A stretch of 64,000 nucleotides of DNA from Octopus sinensis (Eukaryota), in assembly GCF_006345805.1 (NCBI RefSeq), contig NC_042997.1, positions 2,356,001-2,420,000 of the forward strand. The letters run 5' to 3'. Numbering within the stretch: the first letter of the stretch is position 1; every line of letters starts with the position of its first letter. The translations under genes were made by a program, and so were the position numbers. Shown piece after piece: positions 12,218-24,520 of the stretch. The notes beneath the pieces are model-generated. The model was not told where the DNA came from, did no database searches, and saw only the letters and a program-made list of their open reading frames with translations.

Positions 12218-12450
12218 TTGGCATGTGGTGTGGGTACAAGACGTCACGAAACGTGTAGAACAAAAGAAATACGAAGTACGAGTACATAGAAGATGAATTA
12301 TTTTTGCGAACAACCAAAGACACAAATGGAAAACAAGTCAAACAACATAAAGAGTGACACTTCATCAGTTCTTGGCGGTTTTTCTACTCTCGTGTTTCGA
12401 GCATTTACCCACAATATACTCGTTCGATAAAGCAGTTGCTCCCGCAAGGC
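10305..12450. repeat. Three diverged local copies of an unclassified repeat (about 10305-10690, 11238-11535 with an inverted second half, 12215-12450), separated by microsatellites
   Basis: Shared TACAAGACGTCACGAAACGTGTA..ATACGAAGTACGAGTACAT..GAACAAC.AAAG..CTTCATCAG. Segment 11430-11535 is the same sequence in reverse orientation. Confidence 0.75.
10963..10997 (-). ncRNA. Degenerate minimal hammerhead, GUU variant
   Basis: Minus strand GTTT-CCGACGA-A-GAG-CTCCA-CTA-GAAAC-GTT^AAAC. Helix I is 4 bp; U4C substitution and a helix II mismatch. Confidence 0.5.
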
Positions 12451-14099
12451 ATGTACTATTTAGCATACCTCTCTGCTCATATCGATAATAAGTCATTAAA
12501 GTTACTTATTTGTATAATCATGTTTTGCAAATACTGTATATTCTATAGCACACAAATAACAATTCATGCAATTTAATCAATAATTCCTTTTTACGAAGCA
12601 AATAAAATTGACCAAATTTGTTATATTACTCTACAATGTTATTTGTATAATTATGCAAAGAAAATATTTGCTGCGTCTTTTACAACGTAGAAGTAACCAT
12701 ATCGCTATTATTACTCGCTATTATGCAAATAGCGTAATTCATTGAATCTAATGAAGAAAGAAAACTATAAATGTATATTTAGAAAAAATTTAATTGAAAA
12801 ATGAATCATTTTGATACATACAACCCTACTGTTCAATAAAAGTGTGAGCATTCCACCATACGCAGACAATGTAACAGAAGTTAAATTTTCATTGGTTATA
12901 CATTGGCTTAGACATAACCTAGAGAAATACAGTAGATTTTTTTTGGAAACATAGCGGCGCAGAGGCCCACCAGCACGGCGTGGAAATCGCGAAGGGCCAA
13001 TGAACCTTAATGCAACGCGTTATGAATAGGAAGTAGTATGCCTATTTACAAAGAAGTGCTACAAGATGCTGGTAGGCAGCCAGTCAAACATTATCTAGAC
13101 GTCGATAAGACTGATTTTGACAAAATTATCTGATTGATTGCCTGAACAGTTAATTAAACAGATTATTATTTAATTGGCTAAACAGTTGACCTAATGACAA
13201 AATTAAAAATGCGAAGTAAAAAGCAAAAAAAAAAAAACAGTGCGTGCGTTTATCATTGGCGTAGTCACCCTTGAAATATAGAACAAAACAACATACATTC
13301 CAGCACAAGAGTCTGCCTAAATAAATTTGCATGTGATATACAAAAATTAAATATGTGCCAGGATGAATATATGCGTGTGTGTCCGTGCGTGTATTTGTGC
13401 GTGCGTGCGTGTGCGTGCGCGCGCGCGTGTGTTCAGGCAAACACAAACATAGTATATGGAAAGACTCGAAAATAAAATAATATTAATATTAATGCAGCAA
13501 AACTTCATTAATTGTAATGCCTATAAATGTTTCGTACCAAATAAATTAATTAAAAACACATCATCTGAGAGAAAAGTTTTAATCAATGGATTAAATTTAA
13601 TGCTCGGTAATACGACAACGGTTACATTTGAGGCAGAAATGTTCTAGTGTGGTACCGAAATCTAAAGTGTTTGGTCATCAACAAAACAGTAGAGCGGAGG
13701 ACCCTACTACTACCTTTTTACAAACGCTTTCCACCTCCTCCTTTTCAAGCGTGCACGAGGACATACAAAAATAAATAAATAAATAAAATAACACCGCCAC
13801 CTCCCGCGTCAGATCATTTCGATGTGAAGTAATCAAGCTCGAAGTAGTGAAAAACTAAGTGAATAAAATAATTATCACAATAGAAATTTTAAAAAGTGCG
13901 AGACCTGTTTTAAATAATCCCACATGTATGATAACATTACCAAAACCACATGTAATAAACGATAACATATCCGCAACAACTACACTATCAACAAACCGAA
14001 AGCATACACAAGATAGCACCAGCAGAAAAAACACACAAACGCAATGTGAACAAAAAATAAAAATAGCAACCCGAAAATTCGTGCTGATAAGGGGAAGCA

Positions 14100-16600
14100 C
14101 CAAATAGCTGATGCCCTTCATTGATCTAAAAGAAAAAATTGAAACAGGGAGAGATGTTCTCTGGGCCAGCTTCTCCAAACTTTAAAAAAATGATTGAACA
14201 CAAAGTAAATAATGTGAATTTCCTTTATGATATGGGACTCTCTAGCGCAAGACATTGGTCTAGATTTCTAAAGAACTTCTCAATTGAAAGTGGATATCCC
14301 TCGCTTGAAAACAGAGTCATCAGGACTCTAGAACCTCTAAATGGGGCAAGCATATTTTCTTCTTCCCTTCTCTTTATTCAACCAACATGGTAGCTCGAAT
14401 TACATAGCCTGCGGTCATACTTGAAACCAATTCGTCTGTTTAATGACTTCAGTTCTCTAGGTTTAGATATCATAGCCACCGACTGGACGAGGATATCCAA
14501 GACACGCTTCTTAGCATGAAATTTTCGTTCTGTTTCATAACAACCTGGATCTCGGAACATGTTCGATCTTCCTGAAAACGGACAGTGAGTTGGTAGTCAT
14601 CTACTTGAAATGTATCAAAGGTGGTATCTTTAAACCTGTCACCCTGTGTGTTCGCACTGGTGAGGGGTGCCCGCATTTTTAAAGCCGTTTAGATGTGCTT
14701 AGTACTAGAATGTGATTGAAAGAAATCGTGGATGCATGTCTATACTGGATGGGAAACGACGGTATAAAAGCCTTTCAAACATACTCAATCATTTCCATCT
14801 AGCTGACAGGTAACGAACGGTTTTCCAAAAAACGCCAGCGCTGATTCCGAAAGCAGGATCGAGTTATTTTGATTATATGAGGATAGAGGTTTCGATAGAC
14901 CAGCAAAGAAGGACGACGTATGTTGTCCACAGTTCTTAGTGGTTGGCTACAAATTTGTGACTTGTACATCAGTCCTAGATTTTGGGGCACTGATCCACTA
15001 ATAATCATTACATCCTAAACATCTGTACCAGTATTTGGGGTTTATACATTCCAAGCAAGGAATGATATTCTGCTTTTTCATTTTCTCTTCTTCAATCTGT
15101 TATTTAATGGGCACGATCCGTCGACTACATCACATTGTTTGTTGTTTCTTTCCCACAACTCCAATATTCGGCGGCATATTTCACACATATTTCGTTTGCA
15201 TTGGTGTGTCCGACTTCTAATTCACAGCATCGTTTTGAATGTCTTCAACTTCTTATTCCCACAAAATTATCATCACTTTCTTTTGTGCATGTAAACGAAT
15301 TTTTGTTTTAAAATCCCAGAGTATCATTCCAGGTTTTTATGATATGTGTACTTCTTGTAATTCATTATGAACTAACTGTAAGCCTTCCGATAAAACGTAA
15401 ATTACGCTGTCATCTGAAACATCGCACACATTACATTTGTATGAGCAGTCCTGCTGATCTCTTTTCTTAACACCACTTTCGGGTACAGCACGTCCTCTTT
15501 TCTACATTTTCCGGCTCGTAATTCTAGGTTTCTTTTCGTTGTTTAAATCATACTTCCTTAAGTGGTGTTTTTTCTATTTCAAAACTATATAATGATAGAC
15601 ACACTTTCAATATTTCTAATACTTCTTCGCAACAGTAATCCCTTTTCTTTTGCTCTGACCCTCAGAAACAAACAACATTTGAGCAAAGATGCATGCCTCT
15701 GCATTGTGAGCAATCGGTGTCTTTTTTTGGCGATGTCCTTCACCTCATTCTTTTTATATTGAATATTTCCTGTCTCCTGCATTATTCCATACATACTATT
15801 ATGAAGCCGATTGCTTGTATGATGAGTTTTTGCATTCGATTTGGATTTAATAATCTATTCCAATCTTTGCTGAATTATTTACTTGAAAGTTTCTTTCATG
15901 TTTATATATTTGATTTTTATTTCCTTACAATTGCTCCCACAATTCTTCTTTGTTTAATGATTTCATATTCTCATCCTGATGTAGATTGATTCCGGTATTC
16001 TTATAGAGTTACCCCGCTTCATCTCTACCGTTGAAAATTTTCGATTCCGAAAGTCATTCCAATGATGTTACTTAAGTTGATCACAGTTTGCACAAATGGC
16101 TCCTCTTGCATTCCATCCTGTATACATAGAATACGATTCAAATCGTCACTCTTCGGGTGAGTATCCTTCCTTAGCGCTGATTAAATATGATCCACATATC
16201 AGTGAGAGGTGCATTTAAAACTTGATGGGAAAATGTGAGTCCCCTTGAAATATTACTCTTCTGATTAGTGTCTCACTTCATCTGTCCCTCTCCTAATGCT
16301 AACTCTACTCTCTAATGTCACTGAGTATTTTGACTGGCATATTTTTCGAGGTAAGGAAGAGTTCTAAGCATCGCATGAACCGAGAGTGTGGGACGAGGCT
16401 AGCTATTCTAGTTTTCTGTAATACTGATGGATACATTTCTCATTTTCTTTCTACATTATCAGAAGAACTACTTGAAAATGATCAATTGGTCTTTGATTCC
16501 CAATCTTCTTTTTGCCAGCCTTTCTTTTCGTCACTCTTTTAAGTGTTGGTTTAAAACTTCTGAAATTATCACTGCTATTCTCACTATTTCAATCTCATGA
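14100..16600 (-). pseudogene. Heavily decayed intronless coding relic, probably a Mutator-like (MULE) transposase with a GCM-like Cys module
   Basis: Minus strand is purine-rich with many stops and frameshifts. Cys motifs CSQCRGMHLCSNVVC (CxGxxxCxNxxC, 15668-15712), YKCNVCD and PCLECINPKYWYRCLGC; possible first catalytic Asp region QLDGND*VCLKGFYTVVSHP (about 14745-14805). Family call is recalled similarity, not a search result. Confidence 0.4.
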
Positions 16601-16631
16601 ATTGTTATTAAATTTCATACTACTTCTACCA

Positions 16632-16742
16632 CGAAGACGACGACGATGACGACGACGACGATGACGACGACGACGATGACGACGACGACGACGACCACCA
16701 CCACCACCACCACCACCATCATCGATACTACTACTACTACTG

Positions 16743-16795
<53 letters not shown>
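16632..16795. repeat. Compound trinucleotide array (GAC/GAT)n-(CAC)n-(TAC)n
   Basis: Direct reading. Confidence 0.97.
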
Positions 16796-16796
<1 letters not shown>

Positions 16797-18323
16797 GGAT
16801 TGATGAAATAGTTTGAGCGTCGGAGCTAAAACCTTGCGATATGCATACCGGATCTTTATAATTTAATGTTCTGCTGCGATGAAATTTGATTTTCGTCCTT
16901 CGGTTGTCGATAAAACAAAATGCATTGCAAATACTTTCATCAAAGGAGCTGTTCTAAACTGAGGAGAATTATCAATGATAATAAGTGCATGATTCAGAAT
17001 TGATTTTTCCAAGTATATTATTTTTCAACTTCTTGTACAAATCATTGGAATTATTTTGATTTACACTCGCTCTTATACTGCATAATGTATAGTGCATCTG
17101 TTCATTTACTGAAGACGTTTATTTCACATATTTCTTATGGAATCAGTCATATTGCATTGTGCAATATGACTGATTCCTTAAATGTAAATTCAGTTCAATG
17201 TTTTTCACAGTGACCTTGGTTCAACGCACGTTTTCTGTTGTTTAATTATTTGAGTTGACTGAAACTGTATGCAAATACTTTTCATTATTTTCCTGTTTCG
17301 AGGTGCTTTATCTAATTTTGAACGGGAGCTCCACGCAAATTATTCTTTGTTGCAATAGTTCGGATCAGGTCTCCGGTCTAAAGATAACTTCTGCTCACCA
17401 GACAGGAAAGATCAAAAATATTTCAAAAACAATGGCCTTCTTCCGTTAACTAATTTATTAAAATAATTATGCATGTCAATTATACATATGAAGGATCTAC
17501 AGCAGCCAACGTTTCTCTGTATTTGAAGCACGTATTTACGAACCAACGCATTCCCATTATTAGATGAAATACAGAAAGGAAAGTGTGTATGTGTTTCTGT
17601 GTTTCTATGATTGTTTTGTGCCATAACTGAACGCCTATAAATATTAATAAAACAAATGCTATTATAGAATAATATACATTCAGAAGAGTATGAAAAATTT
17701 ATCATAATTCAATCTATTTTTCATTGTATGATCAGGGATTTATATTTTATGAAGAACCCAGTAATATACATGTTATGAAAATTCTAGTTATATACATTTT
17801 ATTAAAATAACATTCGACATTTATTGTTATGATTCAGTTATATTCGATGATATAGCAGTCACTTGAGAACAATGGATTAACATTATGAATCATTGTTTCA
17901 AAGCAATAAATGTATACGTATATAGAATGATTATTGCCTTTATATAAGCTCCAACATGGTGCAGTGTATGATTTGATTTCACCTTTCGCTTAATTCCATT
18001 TCACTTCATAAATTCAATGATGCGATTTCAAAATATATAATATACTATCTACATGAACTAATTTCCATTCATCTATAAACTACGACAATGCTTAGAATCA
18101 AATGTCAATATTTAGCTAGATTTTTCTGTTGGGTTATGATGCTTATTGAAATATTCTTTGTCTTCGAAAACTGAAGCCAGACAAATATATTTCCCATTGG
18201 CAAAACGGGGAAAAAGTTTTGTTTTCATAAAGCTGTACAAAGCAAGGCAATGATGAATTGATAAAGTACAAGTTGAAATTCTTTTTTTCAAATATGCATT
18301 AAGTCAAATTCCTTCCTTGTAAG

Positions 18324-18471
18324 ATGCGGAATGCAGCTCGCTCACTCAGATTGTTTGCGTACTTACATGCAAGCATATTTATCTGTTCAATGAACACAAC
18401 TGATATTATCGCTAATGTATTTGGCCTTGAACAATCTACTTGGTACTTAACATGGTACACAACGGTACACG
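18324..18471 (+). CDS. Candidate coding exon of an unknown gene (MRNAARSLRLFAYLHASIFICSMNTTDIIANVFGLEQSTWYLTWYTTVH-G)
   Basis: Acceptor-like TTCCTTCCTTGTAAG directly before the ATG, 148 nt open frame, donor CACG|GTACGT (phase 1). No homology recognised. Confidence 0.25.
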
Positions 18472-19590
18472 GTACGTAACATGATCATTGATAAACAAAG
18501 AACTGACAAACGGACATCGACCTATTACACGATTTAATACGGTAGTAAGCGCTTTAGTATTATTTCTTTGTCTGATGAAAAGTAATTAAAATATGTGGAC
18601 ACTAGAGCGTAATAAATTGCTCAGGTGATAATAGGAGAATATTCTCCTCAATACCTTTTTAACTAACTATATCTGGGAATAGAAAAGCATTATAATTTTA
18701 TGAATTTTAATGAGGAGGATAATGATCTTGTTCATTATTACGGCCTCCAAGATTTCCAAATTATCACTGAGAGTTATCCTTATACAGTAAATATACTCCA
18801 AATTTCTGCAACAAAAACTCTGTGAACCTGGTCGTGTTATAAATATTAAAATGTCTGCGTCATTTGTTTGGAAATCCCTATACATGATACAGATTAAATT
18901 ATGAACTCCCAATATCAGGACATTATTCATATATAATTCATAGAGGAGTTTCTACTAGAGCTCAGTGCTACAATAAAATACTGTCAACGTTTCTAAGGCG
19001 GCGCTTATGGTGGGTGCAGTCAAATTCTTGGTGTGCAGATGATTTTGTCACTTACGCGTAACTAAAATTTGTCATATATCTCCATAATTCTCCTCTCTCT
19101 CTCTCTCTCTCTTTATCAACTTATCTCTCATGTTTCTTCGCATATCTATATTGTACCTTCACTGCTTTAGGATCTTATTGTGCCCTTGATTGCCGGACAC
19201 TGTTTCCCAGATGTATCCATTTCATTCGCATTTTCTTCACAAATAAACATACTGTGTCTCACGCCCTAAGATATGTACAAAAACATTATCTTAGAACTTT
19301 CTGCATTTGCATCAAGTCATATTGATTCTTTATTTCAAACTCTACATGTTCGACAATGAACTTATAGATATTCAACTTCATGAGAACCAAGCTGAGATTA
19401 AAAGCTTAAAGAGGGTGGAAAATATTATACACACTGACCCACCTTCGACAAAGATATAATAAAAATACTTGTAAGAATACGCACACAAACACACACACAC
19501 ATTGAGTTGAAGTAGGTACGTTTACACTTATTCTGCTACTAGTTCAGTTGGCAGATACTGCTACTCATTTTTATTATATCATGTATATAT

Positions 19591-19621
<31 letters not shown>

Positions 19622-20574
19622 ATGTGTGTGTGTGAGAGAGTTAACACGCCCATTTATATGTGCATATGTACATATAAATATATGTGTGTGCGTGTTTGTG
19701 TATCTATGTTTCTCTCCCAAACCGATTCCCAACTGGTTCTAGTGGATCTACGTTCAAGTAACCCAAGCAGTTCAATAAAATACAAATGAAACAGGAACTT
19801 ACTAAAGGAACTTACTAATGGGTTTTATTCGCTTGAGTAAAATTCTTCAAGGTGCTATATTAAATATGTAGAAAGGAAAGACATAGATACAGGCATATTT
19901 TCTTTGCGCTGATTGTAGCTACTGGTTTGGGCTACTAGTTCTATAATGAGGGCAATGAGAAACAAGACTACTTAGTAAACTGTAACGTAAGCAGGTTTTA
20001 ATGATATGTTAAAGCTCGAATGCTTCTCCACATTTCTTTTGCTAGCTTAGCTGCTTAGTTAAAACCTATTACCTTATAGTTGAAATTTAGAAATCTGTGG
20101 TTGAGCTACTGGATTTTTAAAGATTATTTCTTTTGATCAATCTAAATGATTATTTGTCTCCTTGTGGTTGGGGAGGAAACGGAGCAACTTTGCTATAACC
20201 TATGATGGAATTACGGTGGAATATGTAGTTAGAGTAGTGAGCATCTGTTGCAAGATAAACGTGCTGCCAAGTGGATATGCAGTAATATCATATTTGTGAG
20301 TCTTATAGTATTGACCAACGATCTTTTTTTCCCTTCATCGTATGTCTAATTCCCGGGAAAGTGTTAAAGAGTTTCTCGTATAGGAAACGGCGAAGGATAA
20401 ATCGTCTGTGTTGCTAGAGTTGCACCTGTTTGTCTTCGGACATCTGAGACAGTGACTGACCAGGGCTGTTCTTGTTTGTGGAGATTTCTTGCTGAAATTA
20501 TCGGGACCCTTACGTTTTGCATGAGGTAAAGATATCTTGTGATATTGAAGAAACGAAAAAGTAAAATCGATATT

Positions 20575-20629
20575 ACTAGTAATACTAATACTGCTGCTGC
20601 TGGTACTACTACTACTACTACTGCTGCTG

Positions 20630-20668
<39 letters not shown>

Positions 20669-20740
20669 TTACTACTACTACTACTACTACTACATGTTTC
20701 TGCTGCTGACGCTGCGAATATTACTACTACTAGTAATAGT
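20575..20740. repeat. (TAC)n/(TGC)n trinucleotide tract
   Basis: Direct reading. Confidence 0.95.
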
Positions 20741-20936
20741 ACTTGACATACCTAAATGGCAAAATGACATAATCTCAGTAAGTGTCAGGCTTTATATTAA
20801 TTTTAAAAATTTAGTGACGAGATAGAATTGGATGAAGTTATAATTACTGCTGTGATACTAAAATTGCAGTTCTATATTTAAGAGATGAGGAATTACGTAC
20901 ATTTGACGGATATTTGTCCTTATCTTTTTAGTTGTT

Positions 20937-20984
20937 AACACAACGTTTCGGCTGATAAACCCCCCAGTCTTCATCAGATGTCTT
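20937..20984 (-). ncRNA. Minimal hammerhead in the PLE pLTR (extra A after the core, AACGTT palindrome, GUU site)
   Basis: AAGACAT-CTGATGA-A-GACTG-GGGGGTTTAT-CAGCC-GAAAC-GTT^GTGTT. Helix I GACAT/GTGTT; one mismatch in helix II. Confidence 0.65.
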
Positions 20985-21057
20985 GGGGAAATCGCGAACC
21001 TAGGTTCTCATTCCTAAGGTATTTTGTAATGTTGTTGTTATTATTATTATTATTAGT

Positions 21058-21126
21058 CAGTGCTTGGAATCGAACTCGGAATCTTGTTGTTTGTAGACCA
21101 CACTCTTAACCATTACACCATGTGCC
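21058..21126 (-). promoter_or_regulatory. tRNA-like RNA Pol III internal promoter (A and B boxes) inside the PLE pLTR
   Basis: Minus strand TGGTGTAATGG (A box; TGGCGTAGTGG in the 22.84 kb copy) ... GAGTTCGATTCC (B box). Confidence 0.7.
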
Positions 21127-22946
21127 TGTGGGCAATTACGGAGTGAATTTAGGGCTTATAAATCTAACATCTTTCTATCATTCCTTAATACCGATTTACA
21201 TATGCATCTCCTATCTGTGCTCGGTTTTCTTAGGAGATTGTTGCATGCTACCATATGTGCTGCTTCATTTATTTTTCTTATTTTCCAGTGGTGTTCTCTG
21301 TCTATTATTTTAACTTCATCCTACAGGGTGAGGTGGTCTCCAGTTATCTAAATATGATCAGCTATAACCCGATTTATCGATATATCCTCGTGTCATAGCT
21401 CTGTGATGTTCGTCTACCCTTATTTTGAGAGGGAAGCATCTTTCGCCTTTGTATAACCTACCACAACTGCATGGCATGGAGTACACGCAGTCTTTGTCAT
21501 ATTCGCTTTAATGGGTGGTTTTACTCAAAGGAGATATTTGCGAAGTGTTGTATTATACTTAAATACACTCTTGATGTCATATGGGGCCGCATATCTTTTC
21601 TATCTTTTCGGAGAGGCCTTTCACAGAGGGTAGATATACTGTCGACTGTTTACTGGTCTCATCCTCTCTCTTCTTCATAATTGGAGTGGATAGTATATTT
21701 TTGTGGTAGTTGCTGCTTAATAGATTGTTACTGAGCTTGATCCTTTCTTCGTGGTGGGTATCACGATCACTACTTATATTCTTTGCACGATGTTTTAGGA
21801 ACTGAGCAATCCATCTCTTTACAGTGTATGGATGGTAGGAATTGAAGGTTGAGGTATCGTGCAGTAAAGGTGGGCTTGCGGTATACGGATATCCTGCATC
21901 CATACTTGGTGCGTGTTATTAATACGTCCAGGCATGCCAGTCGATTGTCTTTTGCCTTTTCCATTGTGAACTGTATGGATGGCTTTAATGAGTTCACATG
22001 ATCTAACAGCACTCGGACATATTCCTGGTGGGGCCTGTGTATAAAGGTATCATCAAGATATCGTAGCCATAGTTTTGGTTTTAGTGGTGTTTATCCTAAA
22101 GCGAAATTCTCAAAGTATTCCATGTATATATTGGCTATTACTAGTGATGATGGCGCACACAGAGCTAAACCCTCTTCTTGTCGATATATATCAGTGTCTG
22201 AAGTATGTAGCTTCTACACAGACAGTCCAAATTTCCATCAAGTTCCTTATTGGTATACTAGTGCGTCTTTTTAGATGGGTGTCTGTCACTAGTTTTTCTT
22301 TATTCAACGATAGTACTTCACTAGTGGGACTTTGGTGAACAGACCTATCACATCTAGACTCACCATCTGGTTGTATTCAATGGGGCTATCCTTGATCAAT
22401 TCTGTGAAGTGGGTGGAATTCTTCGCGTACGATTTTGACTTTCCTGCTAATGGGCTGATTATATCCATAAGGAAGCGACACAGTGGATGATATGCTGTAC
22501 CTCTACATCCCACTATAGGTCTTAATGGAATACCATTCCTGTGAATCTTAGGGAGACCGTACGTGTATGGTAGATTACGGTGCTGTTGAATCAGTTGTCT
22601 GTAATTGTTCTTGATCAATATCTGTGACAACTTCTCTGTTTTCAGAGTTGGGTGTTTCTTTTCTTTGCTGTAGCTACCATCACTTATAAGACTTGCCAAC
22701 TTTTCAGAGTAGTCAGACTTGTTCATCACCACAGTAGTGTTTCCCTTCTCCCCTGGAAGTATTATAATGGAATTGACACTCTGTAGTCTTTTGATAGCTA
22801 GATTTATAAGCCCTAAAATCCATCCATAATTGATCACGGGCATATGGCGTAGTGGTTAAGATTCCGAGTTCGATTCCAAGAAGTGATAAATAATAATAAT
22901 ATCCAAAAATACGTTAGGAATGAGAACTCAGGTTCGAAATTTCCCT

Positions 22947-22994
22947 AAGACACCTGATAAAGGCTGGAGGGTATATCATCCGAAACGTTGTGAT
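22947..22994 (+). ncRNA. Second (inverted) pLTR hammerhead, probably inactive (G8A: CTGATAA)
   Basis: AAGACAC-CTGATAA-A-GGCTG..CATCC-GAAAC-GTT^GTGAT. Confidence 0.55.
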
Positions 22995-23189
22995 TACAAC
23001 AAACAAGATGAGGACAAATATCCGTCAAATGTAAATAATGTAAATAATGTAGCTAATTACAGACGAAGCTGCATTTCTCGCAAATTATGCGATATTTTAA
23101 TGAATTAAAATTTTCTTTCTCTTCCCTGTATTGATGTCAAATATATCCCTATATATAGTTGCTCACAAATTGAGGCACTTATTCTAATT

Positions 23190-23400
23190 GGAAATATATT
23201 TCCCCTGACTTATGTAGAATGATATTGATTTCAAAATTTGGTACAATGCCAGCAATTTCGAGGTGGTAGGAATGTCGATTTTATCGAGTCTACTGCTCAA
23301 CTGGTACTATTTTCATCAACCATGTAAGGATGAAAGACAAAGTCGACCTCGGTGGAATTTGAACGGAAAACATACAGACGGACGAAATGCTCGCTTGTTA
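23190..23400 (-). mobile_element. Octopus-type tRNA-derived SINE (family A), old copy
   Basis: AAGGATGAAAGACAAAGTCGACCTCGGTGGAATTTGAAC..GACGGACGAAATG matches, in reverse, the well-preserved copy at 56913. Confidence 0.85.
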
Positions 23401-24520
23401 TCGGCCCTACCAACATGCTGTCTTGAAACATAGAATAATAATAGGATGGAGTAAGATTTGATTAAATTGACTAAAATTATTTGGAACTCCATGGTTTCTT
23501 CTGAGAAGGAATTACATACTTATTAATTCATATGTTTGAATTGGTATTATTTTCGAATTACTGAAAGTACTTTAGTAGTCCGGTGATTATCTTGCTAAAC
23601 ATTCTTTTTTCTTTCTTGAGAAAAATTTCTGAGCATGAAGTTCCCCGAAAACATTTTATTTTTTTATAATGCCCTTCACTTCTCAGTCATTTGGTTCGGA
23701 TAGTACATTTTTCGATACATCTCTAATTTCTATAAAAATCAGTAGATGGTGGTCTCGAAGAGAAGAGTTTGCTGCTATTTCCAGCAATTTTAGTGGTTAA
23801 TTTTGGAGCTGTTTCACTTCATCAAAGTTAATATTTCAGTAAATATCTCCCAAAAACATAGATTTATATTTATATTTCCTATGGGAATTAATGAAGTACA
23901 GAATCTATATAAACTTAATCTCCCTGCATATGGTTATTAATGCATAGCAATTTACCGAAAATTTGCAAAATATTTTCTATATTTAAATTGATCAATTTTA
24001 AAGTGGATTTCGTCTTTATTTTTAATGTAAAATGGTTTAAATAAACAGCGATCAAGATATGCTGTAAAACATTCCCTCAGCCAATAAAATATAGATATCT
24101 TGCCATTTCTATACTTCATTTCGAAACTATATCATGAAGTTTTATTGTTACAGCACCTAATTTAAAATCAATAATCTTCTTTCCAATTAGTTTAGCAGCT
24201 TTTAGCTATATGTAGTATTATATATGTCCAACCCCTCAAGGAACATGACGAACGGCAGCAATTCGATTTTTTTAAATATCATACAAAATTCAATCACAAA
24301 AATATACAGCTAATATGACGGCGGGAAAATAAATATCCAAAGAAAATTATTTGATTTGCATCCAAATTTAATAAGCCACTTAGAGTATAAATAATTATTA
24401 TTGCAAACTTACAAGCTACAGTTAAACAAGATGGAGATGAATCTAACTGTGTGTCTGTGTGCTTGCGGGCGCACGTGAATATATGTGCATTCATGGCACA
24501 CACATATTTATATACACATA

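Larger units (their letters stand above)
20866..23050 (-). mobile_element. 5'-truncated Penelope-like retroelement (RT + GIY-YIG) with a 3' pseudo-LTR (about 20866-21165) and an inverted pLTR copy at the 5' end (about 22795-23050)
   Basis: Minus peptides YGLPKIHRNGIPLRPIV, QMVSLDVIGLFTKVP, LDHVNSLKPSIQFTMEKAKDNRLACLDVLI..VYRKPT (PLE RT); DCVYSMPCSCGRLYKGE..LKIRVDEH and DEVKIIDREHHWKIRKINEA (GIY-YIG). The terminal repeats are reverse complements of each other. Confidence 0.92.

Noticed and set aside
12940-13030. Small CpG-rich patch with CCAAT, and a second at about 13690-13830, as possible promoters
   Set aside because: Too short and with no linked transcript evidence; could be ends of the adjacent decayed element.
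13375-13435. (GC)n/(GT)n alternating tract with Z-DNA potential
   Set aside because: Ordinary compound microsatellite with no evidence of function.
20150-20530. Possible ancient LINE RT fragment on the minus strand (KGPDNF.. resembling KAPGPD)
   Set aside because: Only one short motif; downstream NYRPISL and DFxKAFD motifs are not recoverable.
21058-21126. tRNA gene call for this and the SINE heads (40831, 53500, 56913)
   Set aside because: A and B boxes are present but I cannot build a full cloverleaf with acceptor stem and anticodon arm; they are tRNA-derived heads.
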